Part shown: in pieces, positions 29,601-38,622 of the stretch
How positions within the stretch are numbered: position 1 is the stretch's first letter
Layout of the letters: the number at the start of each line of letters is the position of its first letter
From: Nitrospirota bacterium
GTDB lineage: Bacteria; Nitrospirota; Nitrospiria; Nitrospirales; Nitrospiraceae
Length of the DNA: 64,000 bases
Reading direction: 5' to 3'
NCBI GenBank assembly: GCA_963701855.1
Contig: CAVPBK010000013.1
Coordinates: 32,001-96,000, forward strand
Position numbers and translations under genes: made by a program
The notes under the pieces: model-generated
Database searches by the model: none
Told to the model about the DNA's origin: nothing
What the model saw: the letters and a program-made list of their open reading frames with translations, nothing else

Positions 29601-29734
29601 CGGGCGCTGATGTGATGAAACGAATCGCCGCACCGATGATCGGCGGCATGGTCAGTTCAACAATCCTGACGCTTCTGGTGATTCCCGCACTGTATTTTGT
29701 CTGGAGGCGTTTGAGGTTGACTTCGAAATCTTAG
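26624..29734 (+). CDS. cusA: CusA/SilA heavy-metal (Cu/Ag) RND permease
   Basis: PLDAIPDLSDVQVI, YWARSRVLEY, GPDATGVGW, EFMPPLNEGTILYMP, RVRPKMMT. Confidence 0.95.
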   Translation: MIARLIEGSARNPVLVILFVLLLASWGLWAGFQVPLDAIPDLSDVQVIVYTEWQGRSPTLIEDQVTYPIVASLLAGPKVKRVRGVSEYGVSYVYVIFEDRTDLYWARSRVLEYMQKLTGKLPSGVAPTLGPDATGVGWVYQYALVDESGAHDLAQLRSLQDWYLRYQLESVPGVAEVAVVGGFVKQYQIEVDPNTLATYRLPIKTIIEAVRNSNAEVSGRVLEMAGTEYVIRGRGYLRSVDDIELIPVGTDGRGTPILIRDIAHVHIGPDQRRGVAELDGKGQTVGGIVIMRAGENALAVIERIKAKLAEITPALPTGVHIAPTYDRSDLIHRAIAVLREKLVEESIIVSLVAVVFLFHLRSALVAILILPVAVLLAFIPMAYLHITSSIMSLGGIAIAIGAMVDAAIVMVENAHKRLEQSPHADRIETIIAAAKEVGRPLFFSLLVIAVSFLPIFALEAQEGRLFTPLAYTKTFAMLFATALSVTLAPVLMVLLIRGRIRAEAKNPLNWLLVALYRPILSGALRARWMTLGLAVVVVGFTAPIFSRLGAEFMPPLNEGTILYMPTTVPGLSIPESAKVLQVQDHLLTTLPEVERVFGKMGKASTATDPAFVGMGEITVTLKPEAQWRPGMTWDRLLDEMDAKLRIPGFPNIWWMPIQTRTEMITTGVRSPVGIKVLGPDLKTIEKIGLEIEHVLTNVPGTKSAFAERLNEGYYLDLTVNRREAARYGLTVGDVQGVITSAIGGETVTTTVEGRERYPVNVRYKRELRDDPDRLKRVLIPTPSGSQIPLGQIAEMVITQGPPSITDEAGALAGLVSVAVSGRDLRGYVEDAQRAVRARVTLPPGYRLVWAGQYEHLVRAEERLKLVVPVTIGIILLLLYLNFGSLSKSLIVLLSVPFATIGAIWYLDYLGYNLSVAVWVGIIALAGVAAETGVVMLVYLDEAYERRVREGRMATAQDLLEAIMEGAVQRVRPKMMTVAAIMGGLLPIMWTTGTGADVMKRIAAPMIGGMVSSTILTLLVIPALYFVWRRLRLTSKS

Positions 29735-30105
29735 CCTGCATCATTCTGTATCGCGTCGAGCGATGAAATTGATCCACCGTCCCTTGCACGGTGCCGATGA
29801 TAACAACCTCCTGTTTATGAGCGACCGGTCTGGGGAGAAGAACGGCCTCGAACCCTCCGTCATTTTGAGGACTCCTCAGCATGCCTGCGGTGATCATCAG
29901 GAGCAGGCTTCGCAAGATTCTATTCTTATGAAGTAGGCAGAGGCCAGCCGCCACGAGGATCCTCGTGGTCTCCTTCCGTTCTCAATGCTCAAACATGCAA
30001 CTTTCGTGACTCACCTCACAGATCGATATACGATGTCGCGTGCCCTCTCAAATACAGAGAGTCACCTGCAATACTTCTTCAGCACTATCGGTTGAGACCT
30101 TTCTT

Positions 30106-31350
30106 ATGAACCAAGTTCGGCACAATGGGAGCGCGGAAGTCAACGGCCTTCATATGCCGACAGGCCCTGAAAGTTCGATCTACTCTCAATCGTTTCTTAT
30201 TCCTGCCCGCTACCCGATCTACTTTACGAACGACGCCTTCGATCCATCTAATTCTTGCCTACTCCAAGCGGTCACCCATGCCGAATCGAATCGCCGCCAC
30301 CGCCTCTTTGCCATCATCGACCAAGGTTTGCTCAAAGCCAGACCATCCCTTCCCAAGAATCTCACTGCCTATGTCAAGAACCATAAACAGCATATGGAAC
30401 TGGCGGCACTGCCCTATGTAGTGCCAGGAGGGGAACGATCAAAAAATGACCCAAGCCTTCCGGCAAGGCTGCAAAAACGGCTCTACCAACTCAACATCGA
30501 TCGGCAATCGATCGTGCTCATTGTGGGAGGCGGCGCTGTGTTGGATATGGTGGGATACGCTGCTGCAACGACTCACCGAGGCGTGAGGGTGATCCGCCTC
30601 CCCACCACGGTTCTTTCTCAGGGAGACGGAGGGCTTGGCGTCAAGAATGGAATCAACGCCTTTGGAGTCAAGAATTTCCTGGGCACCTTTGCCGTACCCT
30701 TTGCCATCGTGAACGACGTACAGTTCATCGATACGCTGCCGGCGCGTCACCGAACATCCGGCATGGCCGAGGCCGTGAAGGTCGCCCTGATTCGCGATGC
30801 TGGGTTTTTTGACTGGCTGGAAGCTAATACGGCAGCCCTCTCTAAATTCGAGCCCTCCGCACTGGCTTACCTGATCCGCCGCTCAGCGGAGATCCATCTT
30901 GGCCACATCGCGTCATCGGGCGACCCGTTCGAATCCGGCAGCGCCCGGCCGCTTGATTTCGGACATTGGGCCGCTCATAAACTCGAAACGCTCAGTGGGT
31001 ACCGACTGCACCATGGCGAGGCCGTCGCGATCGGTATGGCAATCGATTCACGTTATTCCAGCGAGATCGGCTTGTTGAGCGAACAGGCCTGCGAACAGAT
31101 TCTCTGTCTGCTCGATCGTCTGAAACTTCCCTCCTGGCATCGCACGCTCGACCTCAAGGGACCGGATGGCCGCCCGAAAATTCTCCAGGGTCTCGATGAA
31201 TTCAAAGAACATATCGGCGGAGAACTCACCATCACCTTGCTCAAGCAGATCGGGCAAGGCACGGAGGTGGGCCAGATCGACCAAGCAATCATTCATCGAG
31301 CGCTGTCCTGGCTCAGGAAAAGGCATTCCAGCCGATGCGTATCGAGATAG
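30106..31350 (+). CDS. eboD: EboD, 3-dehydroquinate synthase-like sugar-phosphate cyclase
   Basis: GGERSKN, GGGAVLDMVGYAA, HRGVRVIRLPTT, GDPFESGSARPLDFGHWAAHKLE; start may be 30040, 30106 or 30154. Confidence 0.88.
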   Translation: MNQVRHNGSAEVNGLHMPTGPESSIYSQSFLIPARYPIYFTNDAFDPSNSCLLQAVTHAESNRRHRLFAIIDQGLLKARPSLPKNLTAYVKNHKQHMELAALPYVVPGGERSKNDPSLPARLQKRLYQLNIDRQSIVLIVGGGAVLDMVGYAAATTHRGVRVIRLPTTVLSQGDGGLGVKNGINAFGVKNFLGTFAVPFAIVNDVQFIDTLPARHRTSGMAEAVKVALIRDAGFFDWLEANTAALSKFEPSALAYLIRRSAEIHLGHIASSGDPFESGSARPLDFGHWAAHKLETLSGYRLHHGEAVAIGMAIDSRYSSEIGLLSEQACEQILCLLDRLKLPSWHRTLDLKGPDGRPKILQGLDEFKEHIGGELTITLLKQIGQGTEVGQIDQAIIHRALSWLRKRHSSRCVSR

Positions 31351-32552
31351 CCGGACGTCCCCACCTGACGTACTGCACCAATATCCACTCCGGAGAAACC
31401 TGGCCGGAGATTCTCAAGAATGTGGAGCAGTACGTGCTCCACATCAAAAGGAAAGTCGCGCCGGACTGTGCCTATGGAATCGGGCTCCGGCTTTCCGGTC
31501 AAGCCGCTCAAGCCCTTGCAGACCCTAAGGAACTGAACGCCTTCCGACAGTTTCTTCACAACCAGAACCTCTATGTCTTCACCATCAACGGATTCCCGCA
31601 GGGCACCTTCCACGGAACACGGGTCAAAGAGAAGGTCTATCTACCGGACTGGCTGGACGAGGAGCGGCTCGACTATGCCGATCAATGCGCACATGTTTTG
31701 GCGGCATTACTTACCGACCACCCAGATATCGAAGGCAGCGTCAGCACCGTCCCCGGTGCGTTCAAGCCACGTGCTCGATCAGACCAGGCAACTTCCCGTA
31801 TCGCCGGTCAGCTCCTGCGACACGCGGCTACGTTACATCGACTTCAAGAAACAACGGGTCGCATCATCACATGCGCTCTGGAGCCGGAACCCTGCTGCCT
31901 GCTCGAAACGATGGCGGAAACCGTGTCCTTCTTTAAGACCCATCTGTTCGGCGCCACGGCTGTCGCGGATTTCTCCAGACTGACCGGTCTCAAGATCCCC
32001 CAGGCCGAAGATGCACTGCGACGGCATCTCGGCGTGTGCTTGGATGCCTGCCATGCTGCGGTCGAATTCGAAGACCCTGACGATGTACTGTCCACCCTCC
32101 GCAACGCAGGCATCCGTATCCTGAAAATCCAATTGAGTGCGGGACTCCGCATCTCCTGTCTCGATAACGAGACCCTTGCGGCGCTGCAACCGTTCGCGGA
32201 ATCGACCTACCTCCATCAGGTTGTCGAGCGCACCGGGAGCGAACTGACTCGCTATGTGGACCTGCCCCACGCCCTTCAAGCCGCCAACGAGAGAGGAGAG
32301 ACCGGTGCTCACGACCGAGAATGGCGTATCCACTTTCATGTCCCACTCTTTCTGAAACAACTCGGTCCGTTCGAGAACACCCAGCCCTTCCTCGCTCGCT
32401 TGCTTCAGCTCCAAGTGGAGCAGATGCCCACCTCCCATCTAGAGATCGAAACCTATACTTGGGGTGTGCTCCCGGAAGAGTACCGTAGAATGCCTGTGGT
32501 CGATGCCATCACACTAGAAATGCAATGGGTAATCGAGGCGCTCACTCGATGA
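31335..32552 (+). CDS. eboE: EboE metabolite traffic protein (xylose-isomerase-like TIM barrel)
   Basis: HLTYCTNIH, FTINGFP, VKEKVYLPDW, EPEPCC, WRIHFHVP, HLEIETYTW. Confidence 0.92.
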   Translation: MRIEIAGRPHLTYCTNIHSGETWPEILKNVEQYVLHIKRKVAPDCAYGIGLRLSGQAAQALADPKELNAFRQFLHNQNLYVFTINGFPQGTFHGTRVKEKVYLPDWLDEERLDYADQCAHVLAALLTDHPDIEGSVSTVPGAFKPRARSDQATSRIAGQLLRHAATLHRLQETTGRIITCALEPEPCCLLETMAETVSFFKTHLFGATAVADFSRLTGLKIPQAEDALRRHLGVCLDACHAAVEFEDPDDVLSTLRNAGIRILKIQLSAGLRISCLDNETLAALQPFAESTYLHQVVERTGSELTRYVDLPHALQAANERGETGAHDREWRIHFHVPLFLKQLGPFENTQPFLARLLQLQVEQMPTSHLEIETYTWGVLPEEYRRMPVVDAITLEMQWVIEALTR

Positions 32553-33421
32553 ACTGGTCGACGGCACTTCGGCTTGGCCGCGTTTCGAACCTTCCCACAA
32601 TCTGGACGAACATCCTGGCAGGAGCGGTCTTATCCGGCGCCATAATCACACCGTTGTCGCTCGCCCTGCTTGTGCTCACTCTTTCCCTCTTCTACGTCGC
32701 AGGCATGTATTTGAACGATGCCTTCGATCGGGAATTCGATGCCGTGGCCTATCCCAGGCGGCCGATTCCTTCCGGCGCCGTCTTGGCACGGACGGTCTTC
32801 ACCGTCGGATTCCTCGGACTCGCAACAGGCGAGTTGCTTCTCATCGCTCTCGGATACGGAGTGGCAGACGGTCATGGCTGGCCACCGGCGCTCGCCGGCT
32901 TGTGCCTCGCTGCAACCATCGTCTATTACAATCTCCGCCACAAGAACAACCCCTATGGGCCACTGTTGATGGGGCTCTGCCGCGTGCAGGTGTATCTGAC
33001 GACCGCGCTGGCCCTTGCGCCGACGCTGCCTGAGCGCGTGTGGTGGGGAGCAGGCTTACTATTTATCTATATCATCGGTCTGAGCTACATCGCACGCCAG
33101 GAAACGTTGGCGCGGCTGACCAACTTGTGGCCACTGGCTTTCCTGGCCGCACCATTTTTCTATGGGATACAGGGCGCACTACAGAGCATCATCCCGGCAT
33201 TGATCTACGTGGGATTCATTGTGTGGGTCTTGCATGCGGTGAGGCGGCTGGCCCAGCGTGCTCAATTTGATGTTCGGGAGGGGGTCTCAACCCTCATCGC
33301 GGGAATTGCCTTGCTCGACGCGCTACTCATCTCGCTGGCAGGCGAACCGTGGCTGGCGGTGGCCGCCGCTGGTGGTTGCCTCCTTACCCGACTGGCTCAC
33401 CGTCTCATTCCTGGAACCTGA
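32549..33421 (+). CDS. eboC: EboC, UbiA-family prenyltransferase
   Basis: LGRVSNLPT, GMYLNDAFDREFD, RPIPSG, MGLCR, multiple TM helices. Confidence 0.9.
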   Translation: MNWSTALRLGRVSNLPTIWTNILAGAVLSGAIITPLSLALLVLTLSLFYVAGMYLNDAFDREFDAVAYPRRPIPSGAVLARTVFTVGFLGLATGELLLIALGYGVADGHGWPPALAGLCLAATIVYYNLRHKNNPYGPLLMGLCRVQVYLTTALALAPTLPERVWWGAGLLFIYIIGLSYIARQETLARLTNLWPLAFLAAPFFYGIQGALQSIIPALIYVGFIVWVLHAVRRLAQRAQFDVREGVSTLIAGIALLDALLISLAGEPWLAVAAAGGCLLTRLAHRLIPGT

Positions 33422-34795
33422 TCGCCAAACACATGGCGCAAAATCAGCCCCTTCACATCTACGGCGGCCACGGCCCCAACCGGGAGATGCCTTGAGTCCG
33501 AGGTGATCAATAACGGTCCTTGTTCAGGTTTATCCGTCACCCGACCGTGAGAACCTTTTGGTAGCGTGGCATCCAAGCTGATCACATCCATCAGCATCCT
33601 GAATCCCAGTTTCTTCTGCGCAAGACGCCACGCAACGCGCAGCTTCGGCAAGCGAAGCGCTGGGTCGATGAACAACTCCACCGGGTCATAGCCGGGCTTG
33701 CGATGGATGTCCACGCTCCGCGCAAAGTCCGGCGCCCGTTCATCATCCCGCCAATAGTAGTAACTAAACCAACGGTCCGAACGAGACACCGCAATCAGTT
33801 CGCCTGACCGGGCATGGTCCAGTCCATAGCGCCGCTTTCCTTCTTCGTCGAGCACCAGTTCAATTCCCGGCACCTGGCCAAGCAGCCGCTTGACCTCCGG
33901 AACCCGATCGGACGACTTCACATAGACGTGGGCAATCTGATGATCCGCCACGGCAAATGCCTCGGAGGCTCCCGCATTCAGCAGTTCGCGGCCAAGTTCC
34001 TCACGTACCGCGAGCAGATTCGCCTCGCGCAAGAACCGATTGATGTGGACCGGTCCGTTCACGTCAGTAATGCCGTACTCGGACAGGACGATCACACGAG
34101 TCCCGTCCTTTTCCACATGTTCAATCAACTCGCCACACACTGCGTCGATCTGGCGGAGGTCTTGGCGGATAGCCGGGTGCTTAGGACCGAGGCGTTGCAG
34201 GTTATAGTCGAGATGCGGCAGGTATACCAATGTAAGCGTCGGCTTCTGCTGGTCATAAACATGTCGCGCACAATCCGCAATCCACTGACTTGAAAGGATG
34301 TCCGCTGCAGGACCCCAAAATCGAAAGAGGGGGAATTGGCCCAGCTTCTGATTCAATTCTTCTCTGAGCCAGGCCGGCTGGGTATAGATGTCGGGGAATT
34401 TCCCTCCATCCGCCAGATAGATGGGACGGGGCGTAACCGTGTAATTCGCCGTCGAGTGCATGTTGTACCACCAGAAAAGTTTCGCGCAGGTGAAGGAAGG
34501 ATCGACCTGGCGGGCCGCCTCCCAGATCTTCTCGCCTTCCATCAATTGATTAGACTGCCGCCACAGGAAAACCTCGGCCAGATCGCGAAAGTACCAACCA
34601 TTGCCGACGATCCCGTGATCGCGAGGTAAGAGCCCTGTTAGAAACGTCGACTGTACCGAACAGGTCACGGCAGGTGTGACCGTCGAAAGCGAGCGGACCC
34701 CGCCACGCTGGGCCAGGGAGGCAAGATGTCGGTGTGTCCTGACCGAGTAGGTCGAGCGTGAGCCCGACGACGTTAAGAACGAGTGTGCGGTGCAT
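33397..34795 (-). pseudogene. eboF: EboF, nucleotide pyrophosphatase/alkaline phosphatase family; +1 frameshift at 34729
   Basis: MHRTLVLNVVGLT start in one frame; PAVTCSVQS, HGIVGNGW, YLPHLDYNLQR, DIHRKPGYDP, KGSHG in the next frame; CCG-A-CAT junction. Confidence 0.88.
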
Positions 34796-35690
34796 GAGAT
34801 TGGCGAGGAGTTTCGACTACCGGATTTTGCCCACGAAGGACGGAGTTGCCCTCCCACAATTGACGCTGGTCGACCGCTGGATGAGTATCCGCCAGACTGA
34901 GGCCGAGGCGCCCGGACTGGCTGAAAAATGTGACCGGGTTGTCCCACACAATACGGGCGATGGTGTCGCGCGCGATATCCGCCGCCACCATCGCCTGCAC
35001 AGTCTTGGGAACCTTTAAGGGATCGCTGACTCCCCAATCAGCAGCACTGTTAATGAGAATCCGTTCGCTGCCGTACTGCTTCACGAGTTGTACCATCCGT
35101 TGTTCATCCATCTTGGTCTTCGGATAGATTGAATGGCCGGCCCAGCAGCCGCTGGCAAGCACCTGCTCAAGCGTCTCCTCGTTGTTATGGTCGATCAACA
35201 CCAACTCAGGGTTGATGCCCGATTCACGCACGAGTGCCAACGTCCGTTCCGTACCACGCTTTTTATCGCGATGCGGCGTATGGACCAGCACGGGAAGCGC
35301 AAACTCCTTTGCCAGCTCGACCTGTGCCGAGAAATACTTTGCTTCCGCTTCAGTCTGATCGTCAAACCCGACCTCGCCGACTGCGACAACCCCATCTTTA
35401 TCGAGATACTGTCGCAATAGATCGATAACACCCTGTGCCACCTTCGGATTGTTGGCTTCCTTGGGATTCAAGGCAAGTGTGCAGAAATGGCGAACCCCGA
35501 ACTGGCTTGCTCGGAAACGTTCCCAGCCCAGCAGAGACAGAAAGTAGTCTTCAAAGGTCCCGACGTGTGTGCGAGGCTGGCCGACCCAGAAGGCCGGCTC
35601 CACGATCGCCCCAATCCCTGCATCCGCCATCGCGGCATAGTCGTCTGTCGTACGGGACGTCATATGAATGTGCGGATCAAAAAGCATCAT
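34773..35690 (-). CDS. eboB: EboB, TatD-family hydrolase
   Basis: DPHIHMTSRTTDDY, WERFRASQFG, HTPHRDKK, DHNNE, AADWGVSDPL. Confidence 0.92.
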   Translation of the reverse strand: MMLFDPHIHMTSRTTDDYAAMADAGIGAIVEPAFWVGQPRTHVGTFEDYFLSLLGWERFRASQFGVRHFCTLALNPKEANNPKVAQGVIDLLRQYLDKDGVVAVGEVGFDDQTEAEAKYFSAQVELAKEFALPVLVHTPHRDKKRGTERTLALVRESGINPELVLIDHNNEETLEQVLASGCWAGHSIYPKTKMDEQRMVQLVKQYGSERILINSAADWGVSDPLKVPKTVQAMVAADIARDTIARIVWDNPVTFFSQSGRLGLSLADTHPAVDQRQLWEGNSVLRGQNPVVETPRQSHAPHTRS

Positions 35691-35696
35691 CGCGCG

Positions 35697-36383
35697 CTAC
35701 CCTCCACTCGTGATGAGTTGAATATCGTCGGACACAGGACGTCCGGCAGCAGTCCGCTCTTGCACATAGTCCTTTGCCATCCTCACAAGAACAGGTGCAA
35801 TTCTGGGAGGCAGCCCTATAATCCGCTGCAGGGGAACGCCGATAAAAATCGCTTTCATCACCATCTGGTTAAAGCTCAACTCCGGAAAATGACGAGCGGG
35901 ATAGGGATTCTCGCAGGCGATCGCTTCAAAGACTGTCTGCACGTTCGAACGGCAGGCCTCCACTGCGGTCGAGAGAAAACGATCCGGCTCCGGCAGAAGC
36001 GGCAGGGCATGCAACAGCGCCTCGCGTTCTGCATTGTCGCCTCGCGCATACAGGGCCTCGATCCATTCAGCATGTTCATTCAGAGCCAGGTATTCCGTTG
36101 CGCATAATAGGAGAACCGTTCGCCCCAATTCGTGAAGCGCATGTCCTTGAAAGAGCGGGAGACCGGACGAGGAGAGTGCGCGAACTTCGTCTGGATCAAG
36201 TTCCAACGACGCGCCACCGAGCTTTCGAGCAGCTCTTGTATAGGCTTTATCAAACTCCTCCGGTCGAAACGGCGACGTAATATTCGCAAGTATGTCATTC
36301 CACCACTGCCTCGATGTGGGAGTGCAGTGACGACAGATCAGTTCGTAATAGAGGCGCGTTGGTGCGTTCAATGTCCTGCACAC
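35697..36383 (-). CDS. eboA: EboA domain protein
   Basis: GDNAEREALLHALP, EACRSN, ENPYPA, FNQMVMKAIF, ERTAAGRPV. Confidence 0.9.
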   Translation of the reverse strand: MCRTLNAPTRLYYELICRHCTPTSRQWWNDILANITSPFRPEEFDKAYTRAARKLGGASLELDPDEVRALSSSGLPLFQGHALHELGRTVLLLCATEYLALNEHAEWIEALYARGDNAEREALLHALPLLPEPDRFLSTAVEACRSNVQTVFEAIACENPYPARHFPELSFNQMVMKAIFIGVPLQRIIGLPPRIAPVLVRMAKDYVQERTAAGRPVSDDIQLITSGG

Positions 36384-36384
36384 T

Positions 36385-36804
36385 TCACGGAAGCGTGGCT
36401 GCGTGACTCAAGAGGGTGTGGATTTCGGCTTGCGAGAGATCCTGAGGATCCTTGTAGGCAATTCCTATGATAGCCCGAATCTTTTGTTGACTATCTCGAA
36501 CCGGCAACGCAACCCCTGACCCTGCATTCACCGCCTTGGCACCTGGGCGAACATTGCCGGAGTTATCTTCCTTGAGGTTACAAGTCAGAACCGGCTCATC
36601 ACGCTCCCATGCTAGGCCGGCCATGCCCTTCCCCCGAGGAATCTCCTCGACCAACTTACGGACATGCGGAGGAATATTGAGCGCCGCCGAGAGCATCAGG
36701 ATTTCTCCTTCAAGCAGATGAATCGTTCCCGACACCCCGCCATGGGCCTCGACAAACCGTGATAGCCATTCGGCGTGATCTATTGGTGGCGGAACCTTAC
36801 TCAT
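36385..36804 (-). CDS. Stand-alone GAF domain protein
   Basis: IPRGKGMAGLAW..EPV, VALPVRD..IRAIIGIA; its stop lies 1 nt before the eboA start. Confidence 0.8.
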   Translation of the reverse strand: MSKVPPPIDHAEWLSRFVEAHGGVSGTIHLLEGEILMLSAALNIPPHVRKLVEEIPRGKGMAGLAWERDEPVLTCNLKEDNSGNVRPGAKAVNAGSGVALPVRDSQQKIRAIIGIAYKDPQDLSQAEIHTLLSHAATLP

Positions 36805-36861
36805 CAACAAGCCCTCTCTGAACCTATGGTACTGAAAAGCTCAGCGATTGGAAAGGTAAAC

Positions 36862-37548
36862 TCAAATCTCATCATCCATTCTGCCGCGTCTTATTGATTC
36901 CACAGGAGGACGTCGAGCCAACAGATTCAACCACCGGCCTTTCCGTTCTTGATTGATCACGACTTTTAGCGTCACAATCTCCCACCCGGCCCTACGCAAC
37001 GCGCTCGCCAATTCAGTTTTTCTCCACCGCGCAAAGTAGCGGCCAGGAATCCATCCCCGTTCCAGGATTCGACTTCTGGTTCCATAGGTAAGGGTCGCCG
37101 CCAACAACCCGCCCGATCCCGCTAGGCGATGGAGTTCCCTCAGCACCTGGAATGCGGCAGGCTTCGGCAGATGCATCAGTGACGCCATCGCCCAGATGCC
37201 GCCCAGGCTAGCGGAACGAACTGGAAGAGATCGCATATCAGCGAGAACGAGCGGCAGGGATGGAGCACGTGTCTTCCCGAAGCGAAGCAGTGGTAGTGTG
37301 CAATCCAGCCCGATGACACAGTAGCCTGCGGCTTTGAGGTAGCGCGCATCCTGCCCTCCCCCGCAGCCAAGATCGAGGAGGACCGCTCGTGGAGGCAACA
37401 GCGCCAGCCAATCGACTAACAGGGCCGAACGCTTGTATCGCCGTTTTCCCCAGCGCGCGAGGAAGAGCCGTACCTCTCGATCATAAGTCTCAAGGGTCTG
37501 CGCAACCACGCGGCTTGTGGTATGGTAACGCGTCTTACGGATAGCCAT
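36862..37548 (-). CDS. Class I SAM-dependent methyltransferase
   Basis: LLDLGCGGGQD, ADMRSLP, GIWAMASLMHLP. Confidence 0.88.
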   Translation of the reverse strand: MAIRKTRYHTTSRVVAQTLETYDREVRLFLARWGKRRYKRSALLVDWLALLPPRAVLLDLGCGGGQDARYLKAAGYCVIGLDCTLPLLRFGKTRAPSLPLVLADMRSLPVRSASLGGIWAMASLMHLPKPAAFQVLRELHRLAGSGGLLAATLTYGTRSRILERGWIPGRYFARWRKTELASALRRAGWEIVTLKVVINQERKGRWLNLLARRPPVESIRRGRMDDEI

Positions 37549-37552
37549 TCAC

Positions 37553-37876
37553 ATGGAGATGATCGTGGTGATATCTCGTGGGAGCCTCTCAGTCATCCTG
37601 CTTACCCTTGCCCTCGCCGCGGCGTCCCATGCCGAATCCGCAGATCCACCCTGCGACAAATATCCCGCTGCTAAACAGACCACTTGTGCGGCAATCTGGA
37701 AATCGCTGTACCAGGAAGATGGCCCTGTGATCGCGCAATTCGGGCTGGACCAGTTGAAGCGGCGCGAGGAAGGCAAAATCAACGCCGAGCAACACCTCGG
37801 AGAAAACATGGCCTTCATTAAACAGTCCACCGAGAAACGCCTTGCACGATTGAAAGAGCGGATGGCCAAAGAGTAG
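37553..37876 (+). CDS. Small exported hypothetical protein
   Basis: Signal peptide ending ASHA, one Cys pair, helical C-terminus. Confidence 0.65.
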   Translation: MEMIVVISRGSLSVILLTLALAAASHAESADPPCDKYPAAKQTTCAAIWKSLYQEDGPVIAQFGLDQLKRREEGKINAEQHLGENMAFIKQSTEKRLARLKERMAKE

Positions 37877-37879
37877 GCC

Positions 37880-38386
37880 TCATAACGTGTCGGTTTTCGG
37901 CTTCTCCGGCAACCTACCGGCTGAGTTCAACAGATCCCGCCCCACGATGATCGGCGCCTTAAAGTGAATGGCGAGCGCAATCGAGTCTGACGACCGGCTA
38001 TCGAACACTTTCACATTGTCCTTGAACGCCACGGTCAACGCGCCGGAGTAGGTTCCGCTTTTCAGCGTAATGACTGTCTGCGTGATTTTACCGCCAAACG
38101 CTTCAAGGATCGTACGCATTAAATCATGCGTCATGGGGCGGGGCAACTGTTCACCATTCAATGCGCCTTGGATGGATACGGCGACAGTAACGTCGACAAA
38201 GATCGGAATGACCTTGCCTTCCGCCTGCAAGAGCACGATCGGTCCATGATCCGACATGCGAACCTTCACGTCCGTGATCGTCACCTGCTCCGAAGTTGCC
38301 GAGGGGGCTGCGTCGGCCTGCGCAACCGGCAGCGTGAGCGCGCCGAGAACACAGAGAGAGAGGACAAACCGCTTGCATGCCATCAT
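37880..38386 (-). CDS. Bifunctional nuclease (DUF151) family protein with signal peptide
   Basis: IPIFV, PRPMTHDL, DSRSSDSIALA, API; GGAGG RBS. Confidence 0.85.
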   Translation of the reverse strand: MMACKRFVLSLCVLGALTLPVAQADAAPSATSEQVTITDVKVRMSDHGPIVLLQAEGKVIPIFVDVTVAVSIQGALNGEQLPRPMTHDLMRTILEAFGGKITQTVITLKSGTYSGALTVAFKDNVKVFDSRSSDSIALAIHFKAPIIVGRDLLNSAGRLPEKPKTDTL

Positions 38387-38411
38387 GATCACCCCTCCTG
38401 CAGCGAGCTGT

Positions 38412-38622
38412 CAGGCTGCGGAAAAACTATGTCGGTACGCGAGAACTTCGGTGGTCCGCACATGTGACACAAGCCCGGTCTGTCTGGTCTATCTGATTCG
38501 TCTGGTTCATCTGGTTTGTTTAGTTCCTCCAATTGGTCTTGCTAAACCAAACAAACGAGATAAACCAAATAAACCAAATAACGATCTTCTTCTGCTGGAG
38601 GACTTTTTCAGCATCCTGCTAG
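38412..38622. mobile_element. MITE-like family A ends enclosing a family B hairpin (38478-38582)
   Basis: CAGGCTGCGGAAAAA ... TTTTTCAGCATCCTG-CTAG; the CTA is the stop codon of the adjacent minus-strand gene. Confidence 0.75.

Noticed and set aside
29652..29954. Minus-strand 100-aa ORF between cusA and eboD
   Set aside because: It may be a gene remnant, but it overlaps the cusA end and has no motif I can support.
30106..31350. Housekeeping aroB
   Set aside because: The GSARPLDFGHWAAHKLE motif and linkage to eboE/eboC indicate the EboD subfamily.
33397..35037. 546-aa ORF as a full-length eboF with a novel N-terminus
   Set aside because: The extension overlaps eboB out of frame; the real start is 34795 with a frameshift.
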